Positions 25,756-38,906 of a stretch of 64,000 bases of DNA are shown piece after piece. The position numbers and the translations under genes were made by a program. Source of the stretch: Mobula birostris. Its lineage: Eukaryota. The stretch spans positions 116,448,135 through 116,512,134 of the forward strand of contig NC_092373.1 in the NCBI RefSeq assembly GCF_030028105.1. Direction: 5' to 3'. The notes under the pieces are model-generated. The model did not search any database. It was not told where the DNA came from and saw only the letters and a list, made by a program, of their open reading frames with translations. Numbering within the stretch: the stretch's first letter is position 1; each line of letters starts with the position of its first letter.

Positions 25756-28700
25756 AAATCTAATTCTAATTCCTGAATTGACCATCATGGACTCAACAAA
25801 ATCACCAAACTGGATCTACAAAGTGCCCACAGCCTGATCTGTAGATGCCAGGGGGATGAGTGGAAGATGGCATTCATAACATCCACTGGTCACTACAAAT
25901 ACTTGGCGATGTTTTTTAGACTTTGCAACAATCCAGCCATTTTCCTTGTTATTATCAATGTGTTTCACTGAGACATGCTACACTGGTGTGTCTTTGTCTA
26001 CCTCGACAACATCCTCATCTTCTTCAAGGACCCCCAAGACCACATCTATAAACGTCTGATCAGTCCTTCAGCGTCTCCTGGAAAACCAACTGTACTGCAG
26101 ATAAGAAAAATGCTATTTCCACATCCCAGTTATTTCCTTACTGGGTTATGTCCTTTCAGGCCAAGGCGTGGACATGGACCCAGAGAAAGTGCACACCATC
26201 GTTGAGCGGCCCCGACCGCACTCCCTCAAGCAGCTACAGAGTGCTCCTTGGGCTTCTCCAACTTCTACTGCCGGTTTATCATAAACTGCAGCTAAATCAC
26301 CACTCCGCTCACCTCCCTCACCAAATCACCACCCTCACAGATAACCTGGTCTGTTGCTGTGGACCACGCTTTTGAGGAGCTCAAGAGATGCTTTACCACT
26401 GCTCTCATTCTCCACTATCCGAACCGCTCCAGACCTTTTGTGGTAGAGATGGACAACTGTGACGTGGGCACATGTCCCAGCGAGGACCGGACGAGAACAC
26501 ACACCCTTGTGCTGCCTTCCCGCACAAGCTTAATTCTATAGTGCACCGTTATGGAGTAGGAGACAGGGAGCTAGCTGCCATCAAATGGGCCCTGGAAGAA
26601 CGGAGACATTGGCTGACGGGTAACACCAAGTCCATTCTGATCTGGACTGATCACCTGAACCTCATGTCCATATAACAGACCTGTCAACTCAACCCTTATC
26701 AGGCTTGCTGGGCCCTCTTCATTGAGCAATTCAACCTCACCATCTCTTACCAATACAGCTCCAAGAACACCAAGGTGGATGCCCTGTCATGACAGTTTGA
26801 CCCAGCTGGAGATCCATCCTCCCAGATACTCACCCTGATTATCTGGGACATTGAGAACCAGATGTGCCAGGCCCAACTGCACAAGCCTGGTCCAGCTGAC
26901 ACACCTGACAACTGCATGTATATGTGGTGGCCTCTTTGGCCCACCAGTGTGCCCACCCCTCATCCCTCTCCAGCTACCCAGGTGCATGACATACTCTTGA
27001 CGCCAATTCTGGTGGACCACCATGATTGCAGATGTACGTCAGTTTGTCACTGCCTGCCTTCAACGCGCCCAGTCCAGTTCCTCCAGCCAACAGCCCTCTG
27101 GGCTCCTGTAGACCTGCCAGTTCCTTGACACCCATGGTCCCACATCGCCATGGATTTCATCACGAGTTTGCCTCCTTCCAATGGGGCTGCAGTGATCATG
27201 ACAGTGTGTGGATCAGTTCTCCAAGGTTCTCCACCATTGCTCTCCCCAAACATCCATCAGCTGTTGAGATGGCGAACCTGGCTTTCCAACGTCGTTCATC
27301 TCCACGGCTTGCCCCCAGAATATTGTGTTGGGTTGTGGCCTACATTTGTCTCACAGTTCTGCTGAGTCCTGCTCCCACCTCTACACCTCAGTGAGGTTGA
27401 CTTCCAGCTATCATCCACAGACTAATGGCCGGTCAGAAATAGTCAATCAGCAAGTGGAGAGATTTCTGTGATGTTTTGCTGCATCTGACCCTTCCACATG
27501 GAAGCATTGTCTGGTTTGTGCTGAGCTGTCCTACAATCTGCACACCTCCTCTACCGTGGTTATGTCATCCTTCGAACTGCTTCATGGCTACCAACCCCCA
27601 CTGTTCCCCACAGTAGTGCAAATGGTGGAGGTCCCATCCATTGAGCCCCTGGTTCACCACCGCCAGAATGCAGGAAGAAGGCACAAACAGCCATGACAAC
27701 GATGCCTACTGCCACCAGTAGCGCCCAGCCAGATTATTCCAGCCTGGCTCAGTGTCTACCTATCCAACTGTGATCTGTCCTTGTACACCACAAGCTCTCA
27801 CCCCAGTATTGGTCCCTTCAAGGTTATCCATTGCATCAATCCAGTCACTTACCCTTCTCCAGCTACCGCCGTCCCTCAGGATCAAACCTACCTTCCAGGT
27901 GTCCTGCCTCAAGCCTGTTGTCTATGGACTACTCAATCTGCCTGAGCCTGCACCTCTGGAACCTAGGGTGGTGGAAGGTGGTCCAGTGCACACAGTCTGC
28001 GGATTGATGGATACTCGTTGTCGTGGATGAGGTGTGCAGTATCTGGTCATCTGAGAAGGGTACGGCCTGGAGGAGAGATCTTGGGTGCCGTCCAGTTTCA
28101 TCTTGGATCCATCGCACATCAAAGAGTTCCACTGGATCACCCACCCAGTCTCACCCACTTAACAAGAGTCACCTGCCACTCATTTCCAACTCCGCACCTG
28201 CAGCCTATTTAAACCCAGTTCTCATCCACAATCCTGTTCACTCATACATACCAGCTAGCCTCAACCGGTAACTCCTAGTCTTCAGTAGCCTTATTGCCTG
28301 TGAGTTTAATATCTGTTCTTTCTTGCTTTGTGGCCACTTACGGTTTATAGATTTTGCAATTGATTATTAAAGTTATCAAAGTTGCCACGAACTGCTAAAT
28401 CATCTCCACTGCTCTGCTTTTCAGTCAAGTCTCCTCTACATTTCCTGATACCTATTCTGTAATATACCAGTTGCTTTATGCTTTGTGCCAGAAGTTAACA
28501 AAATATCAAGCAGTTGTTTTCTTTAATTCATGTGGCTGGTTAATGAATAGATGCTTTGACATAACGCATTGCAATCAATTTTGAACATTTCGATTGACAG
28601 AGTATCCTTGGCCTTTTTAGGCTGGGAAGTATTATCTCTTGCCACTTGTGTGAAAAATTGCTTGCTGAATGTATCCCTAAATAGCTGCACTCAAATTTTC

Positions 28701-28818
28701 ACAATCATGCTCCCTCATTTTTATCTTTCCTTTACTTTCCAAGTTAACAGTTCAAATGCTTCACTCACTGTTAATTGTACATGGAGCTTGGTTAATTACA
28801 ACAGGTTTTGTTTCCTAG

Positions 28819-28924
28819 ATTCCAGAAGCATTTCAAGAAGAGCCATTATCAGGAAGAAATGAGTCAAACAAGCTGCAGTAGCATTGACAATGTAACCGAA
28901 ACTTCAACAAACAATGAACAGCAG
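28819..28924 (+). CDS. EGF: pro-EGF first cytoplasmic exon, (G)FQKHFKKSHYQEEMSQTSCSSIDNVTETSTNNEQQ
   Basis: tttcctag acceptor, CAG/gtaatt donor, phase 2 to phase 0 compatible with the TM exon. Basic juxtamembrane stretch and Y-x-E-E resemble mammalian QKLLSK...PYEES. Confidence 0.8.
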
Positions 28925-29404
28925 GTAATTTCATTAAGGTTAAAATGGGTGCATGATAAAGCATGAAAATGCATGCACAAATTTCACCAGAGGGTATCAT
29001 TTGTAAAACTATTTCCAATGTTTAAAAGTAAAGAAAGGGTAATGCTGAAACTTCTCTGGGCCAGGTATTTACATTTAAAATTAACATTGTCTCTAACTTC
29101 AGTGCAAGGGAACTTGTTGATGGCAGGACCATGTTCAAAGAAAAACAGACATTATTTTTACAATATTTTTGCCTAAGTTGCTATGGAGCCCGCATTACAT
29201 TTTACAGGTTTAAACAGCAGTTTGAATTCAATTTCTGTATTTTTATTGAAATAATTTGCACAAACTTGAAAGTATTCAGTAATGTTTCTGCAGTCCAACT
29301 GAAGGTCAACAACATTACCGAACTTATGCACCTACAGGATAGATTGTATCTCAATCTCAATTCAGGGCGAATATAACAGAATAGACAACTCTATTAAACT
29401 TTCC

Positions 29405-29650
29405 AAACACGAGAAAATCTGCAGATGCTGGAAATCCAAAGCAACACACACAAATGCTGGAGGAATTCAGCAGGCCAGGCAGCATCTATGGAACAGAGTA
29501 AACATTCAACGTTTCGGACCAAGACCTTCATCGAGACTGTAACAGAAGGGGAGAAGTCCGAGTAAGTTCATACTCTGACTTCTCCCCTTCCTTTCCAGTC
29601 CTGGAAAAAAGGTCTCTGCCTGAAACATCAACAGATTACTCTTTTCTATT
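29405..29650. mobile_element. Penelope terminal fragments in inverted arrangement
   Basis: Minus-strand terminus (ACACGAGAAAATCTGCAGATGCTGG...) followed by a plus-strand CTTTCCAGTCCTG...GAAAC segment. Confidence 0.7.
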
Positions 29651-30832
29651 GAGCTTTGAAGGAGTGAAATCTCAAACTTTAGCAAAATGAAGCCTTAAGT
29701 AAATATGAAATTTGTTAGCCTTCAGGATCTTTTTTTCTTTTTGCTGACTATAGTGGTTGGAATTTATTTCACGTTGTTTACAACTGATGAGATAATTCAG
29801 TACAAAACAGGAGATGATTCTCAGTATTTGAGAACTAATTAATATCTAAATTCAAAAGTTCTATCCAGTCTATTTTACATACCAAAGCTTAATATATTCA
29901 TCATGCACTCCTCTGTGCACTTCTTATGGACCATCTTATTTTATATAATTTTAATAAATGGTATGGAACAAATAGAGAAAATAGCATGCAGAGATGCGAT
30001 ACAATAGCATTTTCTAAATTTTATCTTGATATGTTCTCCACTGGACATTGGAATATCTGCATGACTGTAAAATAAGGCAGTTAACCTGTGTTACAACACC
30101 AATCGAGCATCTTTGTGGCCCCAAGTTCAGCTGTGACTTTAATATTGGCAACAATTTATCGAGCCCTTGCAGAGTGAGATCCATAATTTAGAATATTTAA
30201 GTCCTGTATATACTTAGCTCTTGAATCTTGGTCGAAAAAAACAATTGGAAATATACAATACTGCCTAACCGTATACTGCCTAAACTGGCATAACCGTAGA
30301 TATCTCTTCAAATGATAATATAGCAAAAGGTTATTTCTTACATTTTCAGATGGTGGGGATTTGGTTATCCAATTTGTGCAGTAATTCAAAATTGGATGAG
30401 ATTTGCCAAAAAGTAGTAAGCCTACATGTGAGAATGGAAGAATATCTTCATACATTTGACATGAAAAATATGAGTAGTTTTATTTAAAAACAGGGATATT
30501 TATCACATTCATAGGATGTGGAAGTTACAATCCTAATACAATCTTAATAACTCCTAAATTAAATGGTTTGATGGCAGTAATGAGTCAGATCACTTTTGGG
30601 CAGAGATCCACTGATTAAGATGGAAGGTTTCCTTTGCTTTAGGATATTGGTGAGGCAGACAGACCTTTACAATTCAGTTACCTCTATTAGAACTGGATTC
30701 TTAGTTCACATTCATTTAAATCAATGAAGTTAAATAACATAGCTCTCATGGTGGTGGTCAAAACTATACTTCCAACATTAGTCATTGTCTTACGATGTTA
30801 TTGTTTTTTGGCTTTCAGTGGTACCTCAGCTT

Positions 30833-33800
30833 CAACTTCTATAGATGTACTGTAGAGAGCATTCTGACAGGCTGCAACACTGTCTGGTATGGGGGGGGCG
30901 GGGGGCTACCGCACAGGACTGAAAGATGCTGCAGAGGGTTGTAAATTTAGTTTGCTCCATCTTGGGTACTAACCTACAAAATATCCAGGGCACCTTCAAG
31001 GAATGGTGTCTCAGAAAGGCAGCGTCCACTATTAAGGACCTCAGCACCCAGGGCATGCCCTTTTCTCACTGTTACCATCAGGTAGGAGGTACAGAAGCCT
31101 GAAGGCACACACTCAGCGATTCAGGAACAGCTTCTTCCCCTCTGCCATCTGATTCCTAAATGGACATTGAACCTGTGAACACTACTCACTTTTTAAATAT
31201 ATATTATTTCTGGTTTTTTTGCACAATTTTTAATCTATTCAATATATGTGTATTGTAATTGATTGATTGATTGATTGATTTATTTATTATTGGTTTTTTT
31301 CCTTCTTCTATATTATAGAAACATAGAAACATAGAAAATAGGTGCAGGAGTAGGCCATTCGGCCCTTCGAGCCTGCACCGCCATTCATTATGATCATGGC
31401 TGATCATCCAACTCAGAACCCCGCCCCAGCCTTCCCTCCGTACCCCCTGACCCCCGTAGCCACAAGGGCCATATCTAACTCCCTCTTAAATATAGCCAAT
31501 GAACTGGCCTCAACTGTTTCCTGTGGCAGAGAATTCCACAGATTCACCACTCTCTGTGTGAAGAAGTTTTTCCTAATCTCGGTCCTAAAAGGCTTCCCCT
31601 CTATCCTCAAACTGTGGCCCCTCGTTCTGGACTTCCCCAACATCGGGAATAATCTTCCTGCATCTAGCCTGTCCAATCCCTTTAGGATCTTATACGTTTC
31701 AATCAGATCCCCCCTCAATCTTCTAAATTCCAACGAGTACAAGCCTAGTTCATCCAGTCTTTCTTCATATGAAAGTCCTGCCATCCCAGGAATCAATCTG
31801 GTGAACCTTCTTTGTACTCCCTCTATGGCAAGGATGTCTTTCCTCAGATTAGGGGACCAAAACTGCACACAATACTCCAGGTGTGGTCTCACCAAGGCCT
31901 TGTACAACTGCAGTAGTACCTCCCTGCTCTTGTACTCGAATCCTCTTGCTATAAATGCCAGCATACCATTCGCCTTTTTCACCGCCTGCTGTACCTGCAT
32001 GCCCACTTTCAATGACTGGTGTATAATGACACCCAGGTCTCGTTGCACCTCCCCTTTTCCTAATCGGCCACCATTCAGATAATAATCTGTTTTCCTATTT
32101 TTGCCACCAAAGTAGATAACTTCACATTTATCCACATTAAATTGCATCTGCCATGAATTTGCCCACTCACCCAACCTATCCAAGTCACCCTGCATCCTCT
32201 TAGCATCCTCCTCACAGCTAGCACTGCCACCCAATTCGTGTCATCCACAAACTTGGAGATGCTGCATTTAATTCCCTCATCCAAGTCATTAATATATATT
32301 GTAAACAACTGGGGTCCCAGCACTGAGCCCTGCGGTACCCCACTAGTCACCGCCTGCCATTCTGAAAAGGTCCCGTTTATTCCCACTCTTTGCTTCCTGT
32401 CTGCTAACCAATTCTCCACCCACAACAATACCTTACCCCCAATACCGTGTGCTTTAAGTTTGCACACTAATCTCCTGTGTGGGACCTTGTCAAAAGCCTT
32501 TTGAAAATCCAAATATACCACATCCACTGGTTCTCCCCTATCCACTCTACTGGTTACATCCTCAAAAAATTCTATGAGATTCGTCAGACATGATTTTCCC
32601 TTCACAAATCCATGCTGACTTTGTCCGATCATTTCACCGCTTTCCAAATGTGCTGCTATCACATCCTTGATAACTGACTCCAGCAGTTTCCCCACCACCG
32701 ACGTTAGGCTAACCGGTCTATAATTCCCCGGTTTCTCTCTCCCTCCTTTTTTAAAAAGTGGAGTTACATTCGCCACCCTCCAATCCTCAGGAACTAGTCC
32801 AGAATCTAACGAGTTTTGAAAAATTATCACTAATGCATCCACTATTTCTTGGGCTACTTCCTTAAGCACTCTAAGATGCAGACCATCTGGCCCTGGGGAT
32901 TTATCTGCCTTCAATCCCTTCAATTTACCTAACACCACTTCCCTACTAACATGTATTTCGCTCAGTTCCTCCATCTCACTGGACCCTCTGTCCCCTACTA
33001 TTTCTGGAAGATTATTTATGATCTCCTTAGTGAAGACGGAACCAAAGTAATTATTCAATTGGTCTGCCATGTCCTTGCTCCCCATAATCAATTCACCCAT
33101 TTTCTGTCTGCAGGGGACCTACATTTGTCTTTACCAGTCTTTTCCTTTTTACATATCTATAAAAGCTTTTACAGTCTGTTTTTATGTTGCCTGCCAGTTT
33201 TCTCTCATAATCTTTTTTCCCCTTCCTAATTAAGCCCTTTGTCCTCCTCTGCTGAACTCTGAATTTCTCCCAGTCCTCAGGTGAGCCACTTTCTCTGGCT
33301 AATTTGTATGCTTCTTCCTTGGAATTGATACTATCTCTAATTTCTCTTGTCAGCCACGGGTGCACTACCTTCCTTGATTTATTCTTTTGCCAAACTGGGA
33401 TGAACAATTGTTGTAGTTCATCCATGCAACCTTTAAATGCTTGCCATTGCATATCCACCATCAATCCTTTAAGTGTCATTTGCCAGTCTATCTTAGCTAA
33501 TTCACATCTCATACCTTCAAAGTTACTCTCTTTAAGTTCAGAACCTTTGTTTCTGAATTAACTATGTCACTCTCCATCTTAATGAAGAATTCCACCATAT
33601 TATGGTCACTCTTACCCAAGGGGCCTCTCACGACAAGATTGCTAATTAACCCTTCCTCATTGCTCAAAACCAGTCCAGAATAGCCTGCTCTCTAGTTGGT
33701 TCCTCGACATGTTGGTTCAAAAAACCATCCCGCATACATTCCAAGAAATCCTCTCCCTCAGCACCTTTACCAATTTGGTTCACCCAATCTACATGTAGAT

Positions 33801-35018
33801 TGAAGTCACCCATTATAACTGCTGTTCTTTTATTGCACACATTTCTAATTTCCTGTTTAATACCATCTCCGACCTCACTACTACTGTTAGGTGGCCTGTA
33901 CACAACTCCCACCAGCGTCTTCTGCCCCTTAGTGTTACGCAGCTCTACCCATATCGATTCCACATCTTCCCGGCTTATGTCCTTCCTTTCTATTGCGTTA
34001 ATATCTTCTTTAACCAGCAACGCCACCCCACCTCCCCTTCCTTCATGTCTATCCCTCCTGAATATTGAATATCCCTGAACGTTGAGCTTCCATCCCTGGT
34101 CACCCTGGAGCCATGTCTCTGTGATCCCAACTATATCATAATCATTAATAACAATCTGCACTTTCAATTCATCCACCTTATTACGAATGCTCCTTGCATT
34201 GACACATCAAAGCCTTCAGGCGCTCTTTTACAACTCTCTTAGCCCTTATACAATTATGCTGAAAAGTGGCCCTTCTTAATGCTTGCCCTGGATTTGTCGG
34301 CCTGTCACTTTTACTTTTCTCCTTAGTACTTGTTGCTTCTACCCTCACTTTACACCCCTCTGTCTCTCTGCACTGGTTCCCATCCCCCTGTTGTGAACTA
34401 ACCTCCTCACGCCTAGCCTCTTTAATTTGATTCCCACCCCCCAACCATTCTAGTTTAAAGTCACCTCAGTAGCCCCCGCTAATCTCCCTGCCAGGATATT
34501 GGTCCCCCTAGGATTCAAGTGTAACCCGTCCTTTTTGTACAGGTCACGCCTGCGCCAAAAGAGGTCCCAATGATCCAAAAACTTGAATCCCTGCCCCCGC
34601 TCCAATTCCTCAGCTACGCATTTATCCTCAACCTCATCGCATTCCTACTCTCACTGTCGCGTGGCACAGGCAGTAATCCCGAGATTACTACCTTTGCGGT
34701 CCTTTTTCTCAACTCCCTTCCTAGCTCCCTATATTCTCCTTTCAGGACCTCATCCCTTTTCCTACCTATGTCATTGGTACCTATATGTACCACGACCTCT
34801 GGCTCCTCACCTTCCCACTTCAGGATATCTTGGACACGATCAGAAATATCCCGGACCCTGGCACCAGGGAGGCAACCTACCATCCGGGTCTCTGGACTGC
34901 GTCCACAGTATCGCCTATCTGACCCCCTTACTATGTATTATTATGTATTGCATTGAACTGCTGCGGCTAAGTTCATAAACTTCACGACACATGCCAGTGA
35001 TAATAAACTGATTCTGGT
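30833..35018 (+). mobile_element. Rex1/Babar LINE 3' fragment split by a nested CR1; TSD TCAGCTT
   Basis: NFYRCTVESILTGCNTVWYG...LLPSGRRYRSLKAHTQRFRNSFFP. The 3' UTR resumes at ~34932. TCAGCTT at 30826-30832 and 35019-35025. Confidence 0.8.
31317..34931 (-). mobile_element. Young 5'-truncated CR1 LINE: partial ORF1 (SGNH esterase), frameshifted ORF2 (APE endonuclease plus RT), (CTATGTTT)n tail
   Basis: ORFs 34614-34883 (LPGA...VVVHIGTND), 33664-34176 (GITETW, VYRPP, MGDFN), 32075-33100 ([32 protein letters not shown]) and 31413-32234. Confidence 0.95.
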
Positions 35019-35181
35019 TCAGCTTGTTACCCAAACCCTGTCATAATCAATGAAAGGTGGCAGGATGCAAGTGGAATGCAAGTACAGCCTCCCATAGAGC
35101 TTATTACATATTGAAAGGAGAGTATAGAATAGCCTTCCCCTTGCCCCACCTTTTTATTCTGTTATCTTCCCCCTTCCTTCT

Positions 35182-35219
35182 CAGTCCTGAAGAAGGGTCT
35201 CGGCCTGAAACATTGACTG
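35182..35219 (+). ncRNA. Hammerhead motif variant in a Penelope terminal fragment (~35130-35303)
   Basis: CAGTC-CTGAAGA-A-GGGTCTCGGCCT-GAAA-CATT-GACTG; helix III has one mismatch. Confidence 0.5.
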
Positions 35220-36299
35220 TTCACTCATTTCCATAGATGCTGTCTGACCTGCTGATTTCCTCCAGCATTTTGGATTTCCAGCATCTGCAGACTTTCTCAT
35301 GTTTATGGAATATCTTAATTTTCCTTTCGTACTCTCTTGAAAGTCACCTCACTACTTCTCACTGAACTGCAATCTGCCATATTTGTGGTTAAATGCTTAA
35401 ACAGTTCTTTCTTAATTTACCAACTCTAGCTGCTAATCTTTTTTAAAAATCTTGCGGCTCCTTGTCTTAATATCATATTTTTTATTGCTCTTTAGGGGAT
35501 TACTCACTCTTGGTATCAATAGTGCCATTATTTTTAAATCAGGATAGTATTTAATTGGTAAAATGGATGATTGATACAACTACACAATTGACTGTATTCT
35601 TCACTGACATTACATAATCAGTTCAAGTAACTTTATGCCCAGCCTAATTGCTAAAGGTGTGGATAGACCACAAAAGAATTTGACCTGTTTACTTGGATCT
35701 TGATCTACCAACCAGTTAATAACAAAACAAACATTGTTGTATATTTTTACTTCCTCATTTATTGTGGAAAACTGACCCTACATTTGCTTCAGATGGTAAT
35801 TTAAGCAAGATAAGACATGCTCCTGGTCATACCAAAGAGTCATTGTGCAAGCTTGCTTAACTAGGAATGCAGTGTTAATTTTCTGCATTTTAACACACAC
35901 GAATCTATTTATACATGGTATTAACCCTTTTTTGACCCGTCTGAAATCACTGACCTTATAGCTTTTCTGTTGTACCACATTTATTTGATTTTACATTCTT
36001 TATTATTCTACATATATAAGGATGTGATATTATAAACCATAACATTTTCACTAGACAGATTTCCTCTCAACTCCTCCATTGCACAAATAGGTATCTCAAG
36101 GAGGATCTAGTACCCTACTGGAGTTTAAGTTAATGATAAGAAGAGTCTGTTAAAGAGTGACTGATTCACCATAATATGTTAATAAATTAGACAATTCACA
36201 CACAACTCTGCAGGGCACTTGGCAATAAGACCTGAGTGTTGATTTCACCTCCATATTTCTGAACTGATAACTATTAAAGAGATTTAGCATGAGCATCAA

Positions 36300-36725
36300 T
36301 TTCTTGAAGTTTCTGTAATTGCCTCCCACCCTCACCATTCCTCCACTCCTGTTTCCCTCCCTCTCCTATCTCCTTACCTGCCCAGCACCTCCCTCTGATG
36401 CTCCTCCCCCTTCCCTTTCTTCCATGGTCTTCTGTCCTCTCCTATCAGATTCCCCTTCTCCTGTCCTGCACCTTTTTCACCAATTAACTTCCCAGCTCGA
36501 CTTCACCCCTCCCTGGCCCCCTCCTGGTTTCACCTATCACCTGCCACCTTGTACTCCTTCCTCCCCTCCCCCCTTCCTCTTACTCTCATTTCTCCCCTTC
36601 CTTTCCAGTCTCAGCCCGAAACGTCGACTGTTTATTCATTTCCATAGATGCTGCCTGCTGGCTGAGTTCCTCCACCATTCTGTGTGTGCTGATTTTGATC
36701 TCCAGCATCTGCAGATTTTCTCATG
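36300..36725 (+). mobile_element. Penelope 3' region (pyrimidine-rich tract plus terminus, hammerhead core deleted)
   Basis: Matches 17340-17727 and 41200-41457; lacks the CTGATGA box. Confidence 0.75.
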
Positions 36726-38304
36726 AAAGAGATATAACTACAGGAGACATGATTTGCTCTGATTTTGAAGAGTATGTGATATTTAAGAAGTCTGCGAAGC
36801 TGGGAGAAGTTAGACAAGTGCCTCTATGAATTAATTAAAGCAATAAACGGGGATGAATAAGTTCAGGAAAGAGAATGCAGGTTTGCGAGTCAATAAGTCA
36901 CTTGTGGGAATGGTGTGCAGGCCTCCCTCTTTCCTGACTATAGCATATGACAGAGTATAAAATAAAAAGTAATGACAGCTTCTCAGAAAAGTCTGGCAGT
37001 AACCATGGAGAATTATAATCTATATAACGATTAGAAAATTCTGCAAAGGAAGCTCTGAAAGCAGTTCATGGAGCATTTTTGGCCCAGTACGTACTGGAAA
37101 CAAGCAGAGGGCAGGTTATACTAGACCTGATAGAGTGTGACGAGATAAAATTAATAAGCTCATTCTGAAGACTGCTCTGCGTGGCAGTGGTTGTAGTATG
37201 GATTTTACATTCAGTTTGAGTTAAATAATGAGCACAGACTTCACTTCAGACTGGCACAGAGCACTACAGAGCAGAGCTGACCCGGTTTTGTTTCTGCCAT
37301 GCTTTGAATCTTCAGCACTTTCTCTGCAGTGTGAGTTGATTGTAATTAATCTGAAGCATGATAATGATCTTTACTGAAAAGGCACTACTATTACAACACA
37401 TTCATAAAGCCACTTCTTTCCTTGTTTCTGCTATAATCAGCAAACAAGCGCAAACCTCACTGAAATGACACCTCCTATGTCAGTGACTGATTAGATAAAT
37501 GCCTGTGAGCTTACACTTATAAATATCCCAGTGCGAGTGGTTACAGGTATGGGTGACAGTAATGTTGTTCCTCAGCAAAGTCTTACTCTCCTTCAGTACA
37601 TCGAATCTAACTTTGTAAATGTAAGTTCCAAAACTTCTGGTGGAACCCAGGAAAGTAAGCAACTTCTTGCAGCATCATTATCAAAAATTGAAATGCTGTG
37701 ACTAACAATGTGGTATAATGGGTCCTTTAATGGGATCTTTTTTGAAAATACACTTCTACAGCTCATACCCGTTCCCTGATCACTGAATTGTCGTTTAAAA
37801 TATTGTTTTATCAAAGTACAGAAATTCATTCATTGTAAAGTTATTAGATTTGAATTTAGTTAACCAAGTAAGCTACCTTTGTAAAAAGACGTAATAATTT
37901 TCATACAAGAAGAGTTATTCTGATTTAAGCAGATTTTGCATATCTTCTTCCTAATGCCATACAATGTCAGAAGCCCATGTACTCCTTGCTCAGTGATGGT
38001 CCCATTTCATGTTTTAATGTTTGTTGCAGTCACAAAATAACTTCCCGTAATAGAATTAAAAATCAGTCAAAATGTAAAACAATCTGGCATTTTGTTTCTA
38101 CATTGTTCACTGTCATACAGAGTCAGTTACCTCTGTGTTTAATATGCAGATATTAACACGTTTCTCAGTGAAAACAATACGATTTATTAGAAGAATCCTT
38201 GCAACCATCGTTTAAGCATCTAGCGAGGAACTTTTTATCAAATATTTTAATCATCTATTAAATAAACAACATAGTTGCTTCCTTAACACTATCCCAGTTA
38301 CAAT

Positions 38305-38670
38305 CCACCTTCATGTTTGTTTGCTATGTGCTGTGTCGTATGACATGGCTAATCATGGTCTTAGCATGACCATGATTGTTCTTGGCAAATTTTTCTGCAG
38401 AAGTGGTTTGCCATTGTCTTTTTCTGGGCAGTGGTTTTACAAGATGGGTATCCCCAGCCCTTAGCAATATTCTTCAGAGGTTGTCTGCCTGGCGTCAGTG
38501 GTCACATAACCAGGGCTTGTGGTGTGACCATCCACCACCTGCTCGCATGGCTTTGTGTGACCCTGACCGGGGGTAAGGGTCTGAGCAGGTGGCCTGCAGG
38601 TTAGCAGAGCCAAGGAATGCCTTACACCTCCTTTGGGAGAGACGTCTCTCCACACCGCCACCCTATACCT
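38305..38670 (-). mobile_element. Probable RTE-dependent SINE
   Basis: GAAGTGGTTTGCCATTG motif recalled from RTE-type tails, and a 10-bp stem AATCATGGTC/GACCATGATT near its 3' end. Confidence 0.4.
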
Positions 38671-38906
38671 CCTATTTTCATTTTTGTCACACTGAAGCAC
38701 ACTAACCCATCATCACTTATCTGTTAGGTGTGTATAGAATATAGAACTGTGCAGCACTGGGCAGGTCATTCGGCCCATCATGTGGTGCCGGTCTTGATGC
38801 TAATTTATGCTAAATGTCTTCCAATGTATTAATCCACATCCCTCCATTCACTTCCTATTCACGTGTCTATTTAAAAGCCTCTTCAACCCCACCTGATTCC
38901 ACTACT

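Larger units (their letters stand above)
22275..28450 (+). mobile_element. Degenerate Ty3/Gypsy chromovirus (Sushi-like) LTR retrotransposon, arranged 3'-internal / LTR / gag-pol / LTR
   Basis: RT VFVYLDNILIF; RNase H PFVVEMD..DVG and YGVGDRELAAIKWALEE; integrase WSHIAMDFITSLP and SYHPQTNG; chromodomain YLV..EGYG.EERSWVP. LTR TGTCAGGA...TCCTGACA at 22925-23839; second, 5'-deleted LTR at ~28141-28450. Confidence 0.9.

Noticed and set aside
31390-34078. Plus-strand ORFs such as 31390-32082 (230 aa)
   Set aside because: Antisense shadows of the CR1 ORF2.
30819-35081. Possible EGF penultimate exon split by the Rex1/CR1 insertion (WYLSLLPKPCHNQ*KVAG after removing the insert)
   Set aside because: The acceptor is good and the phase plausible, but there is an in-frame stop, a weak donor and no recognisable homology.
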